DNA from: Malacoraja senta
Lineage: Eukaryota
Length of the DNA: 20,000 nt
Direction: 5' to 3'
NCBI GenBank assembly: GCA_038087875.1
Contig: JAXLNO010000543.1
Coordinates: 117,191-137,190, forward strand
Part shown: one piece after another, positions 19,195 to 20,000 of the stretch
Layout of the letters: every line of letters starts with the position of its first letter
Position numbering within the stretch: position 1 is the first letter of the stretch
The notes under the pieces: model-generated
Database searches by the model: none
Seen by the model: the letters and a program-made list of their open reading frames with translations, nothing else
What the model was told of the DNA's origin: nothing
Translations under genes and position numbers: made by a program

Positions 19195-19955
19195 TTAGTG
19201 GTCTGATAAACGACTCCTGGAGTTTTCAACAATACTTTATTCAAAAGTTCAAGTTGCAGCATACAGGTATAACAGACACGTCTGGCCACATCGGTGGTCA
19301 GCGCTGAACTAACGCGCGCAGGGAAAAAACGCGCAAAAACAACAGCCCCTCCCGAGTCACGTGACCGCGGTAACTGGTCGACCCAATCAGGGCCGGTGAG
19401 TCTGGCTTTTAACGCCGACTTATGGTGCCGGTGGGAACCTCAACCAACCCGTTAGAGTCCGGGTGAAAAGCGGTAGTCTTGTGCAGCTTCGCCCCGTACA
19501 ACTGCGCCATACCACTCCACAATGAAGACGTGAACTGGGCCCCCCTATCGGTGGTAATATGTGAGGGACCCCGAAACGAGCGATCCAATGGGATACCATG
19601 GCCCTCGCGCATGCATCAGCAGAGGTATCCGCCAACAGGATTGCCTCCGCCCACCTGGTAAACCTGTCTACGATAGTCAGTAAGTGGGTAGCCCCGCGCA
19701 AGCAAGGCAAGGGATCTACCAGGTCTACATGGATGTGCAGGAACCTGCTGTCCGGGACGGCGAAATCCTGGACCGGCGGGTGCACATGTCTCTGCACTTT
19801 GGAGGTCTGGCATGGGATGCAGGAACGGGCCCATGCTGCTTCCTTAAACCGTGCCAGACGAACTTCGCCGCGATCAAGGCAGAGGTGGCGCGAATGGACG
19901 GGTGCACTAGGCTGTGGATGGTGTCGAAAATCCGCCGCCGCCAAGCGACCGGGAT
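19195..19955 (-). mobile_element. Gypsy LTR-retrotransposon remnant: integrase fused to a partial LTR-like segment
   Basis: Integrase at about 19440-19950; 19195-19420 is non-coding, with a minus-strand AATAAA (19236-19241) and a CCAAT box at 19383. Confidence 0.7.
19440..19950 (-). pseudogene. Gypsy integrase fragment (HHCC plus DDE core), frameshifted
   Basis: IHSLVHPSIRAT..FVWHGL../WARSCIPCQ; HIHVDLV..TIVDRFTRW..WIARFGVP/ITTDRGAQFTS..TTAFHPDSNGLVE. Confidence 0.92.
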
Positions 19956-19957
19956 AA

Positions 19958-20000
19958 TCCTCCCCTCCTCTCCTCTCCTCCCCCTCCCCTCCTCCTCCCA
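19958..20000. repeat. Polypyrimidine (CTCCC/CTCCT)n tract
   Basis: Low-complexity run to the window edge. Confidence 0.9.

Noticed and set aside
15742..20000. Third SET exon (YVNCAR...LLVWYG) and C2H2 array
   Set aside because: I searched the non-repeat gaps by eye and did not find them; they are either beyond the window or deleted.

Overview
Eukaryotic, repeat-saturated DNA; the repeat families suggest a cartilaginous fish, probably a skate or ray (inference). The main result is absent from the ORF track: a decayed copy of a PRDM9-type gene (meiotic recombination-hotspot H3K4/H3K36 methyltransferase) on the + strand. Its zinc-knuckle/PR-SET exon is split into 1755-1789 and 14449-14679 by about 12.7 kb of nested retroelements. 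The next SET exon is at 15678-15741 and carries a 4-nt deletion. Candidate upstream exons are at 1-67, 184-330 and 1325-1403. The nest can be unpacked from its target-site duplications (TSDs). An L2-group (Crack/Daphne-like) LINE hit the exon first. That LINE was then hit by a near-intact L1 (13-bp TSD), a solo LTR (5-bp TSD) and a non-autonomous Gypsy-type LTR element (4-bp TSD, tRNA-Trp PBS, LTRs about 8% diverged), and the LTR element was in turn hit by a CR1 LINE. The last 5 kb holds a CR1 fragment with a 32-bp TSD, an AGCT-rich minisatellite, an ERV-like LTR, a Harbinger-like MITE, a 26-bp TIR remnant with an 8-bp TSD resembling a P-element-type excision footprint, Penelope-like ends with decayed hammerhead cores, a Rex1 fragment, a Gypsy integrase remnant and GA-rich tracts.
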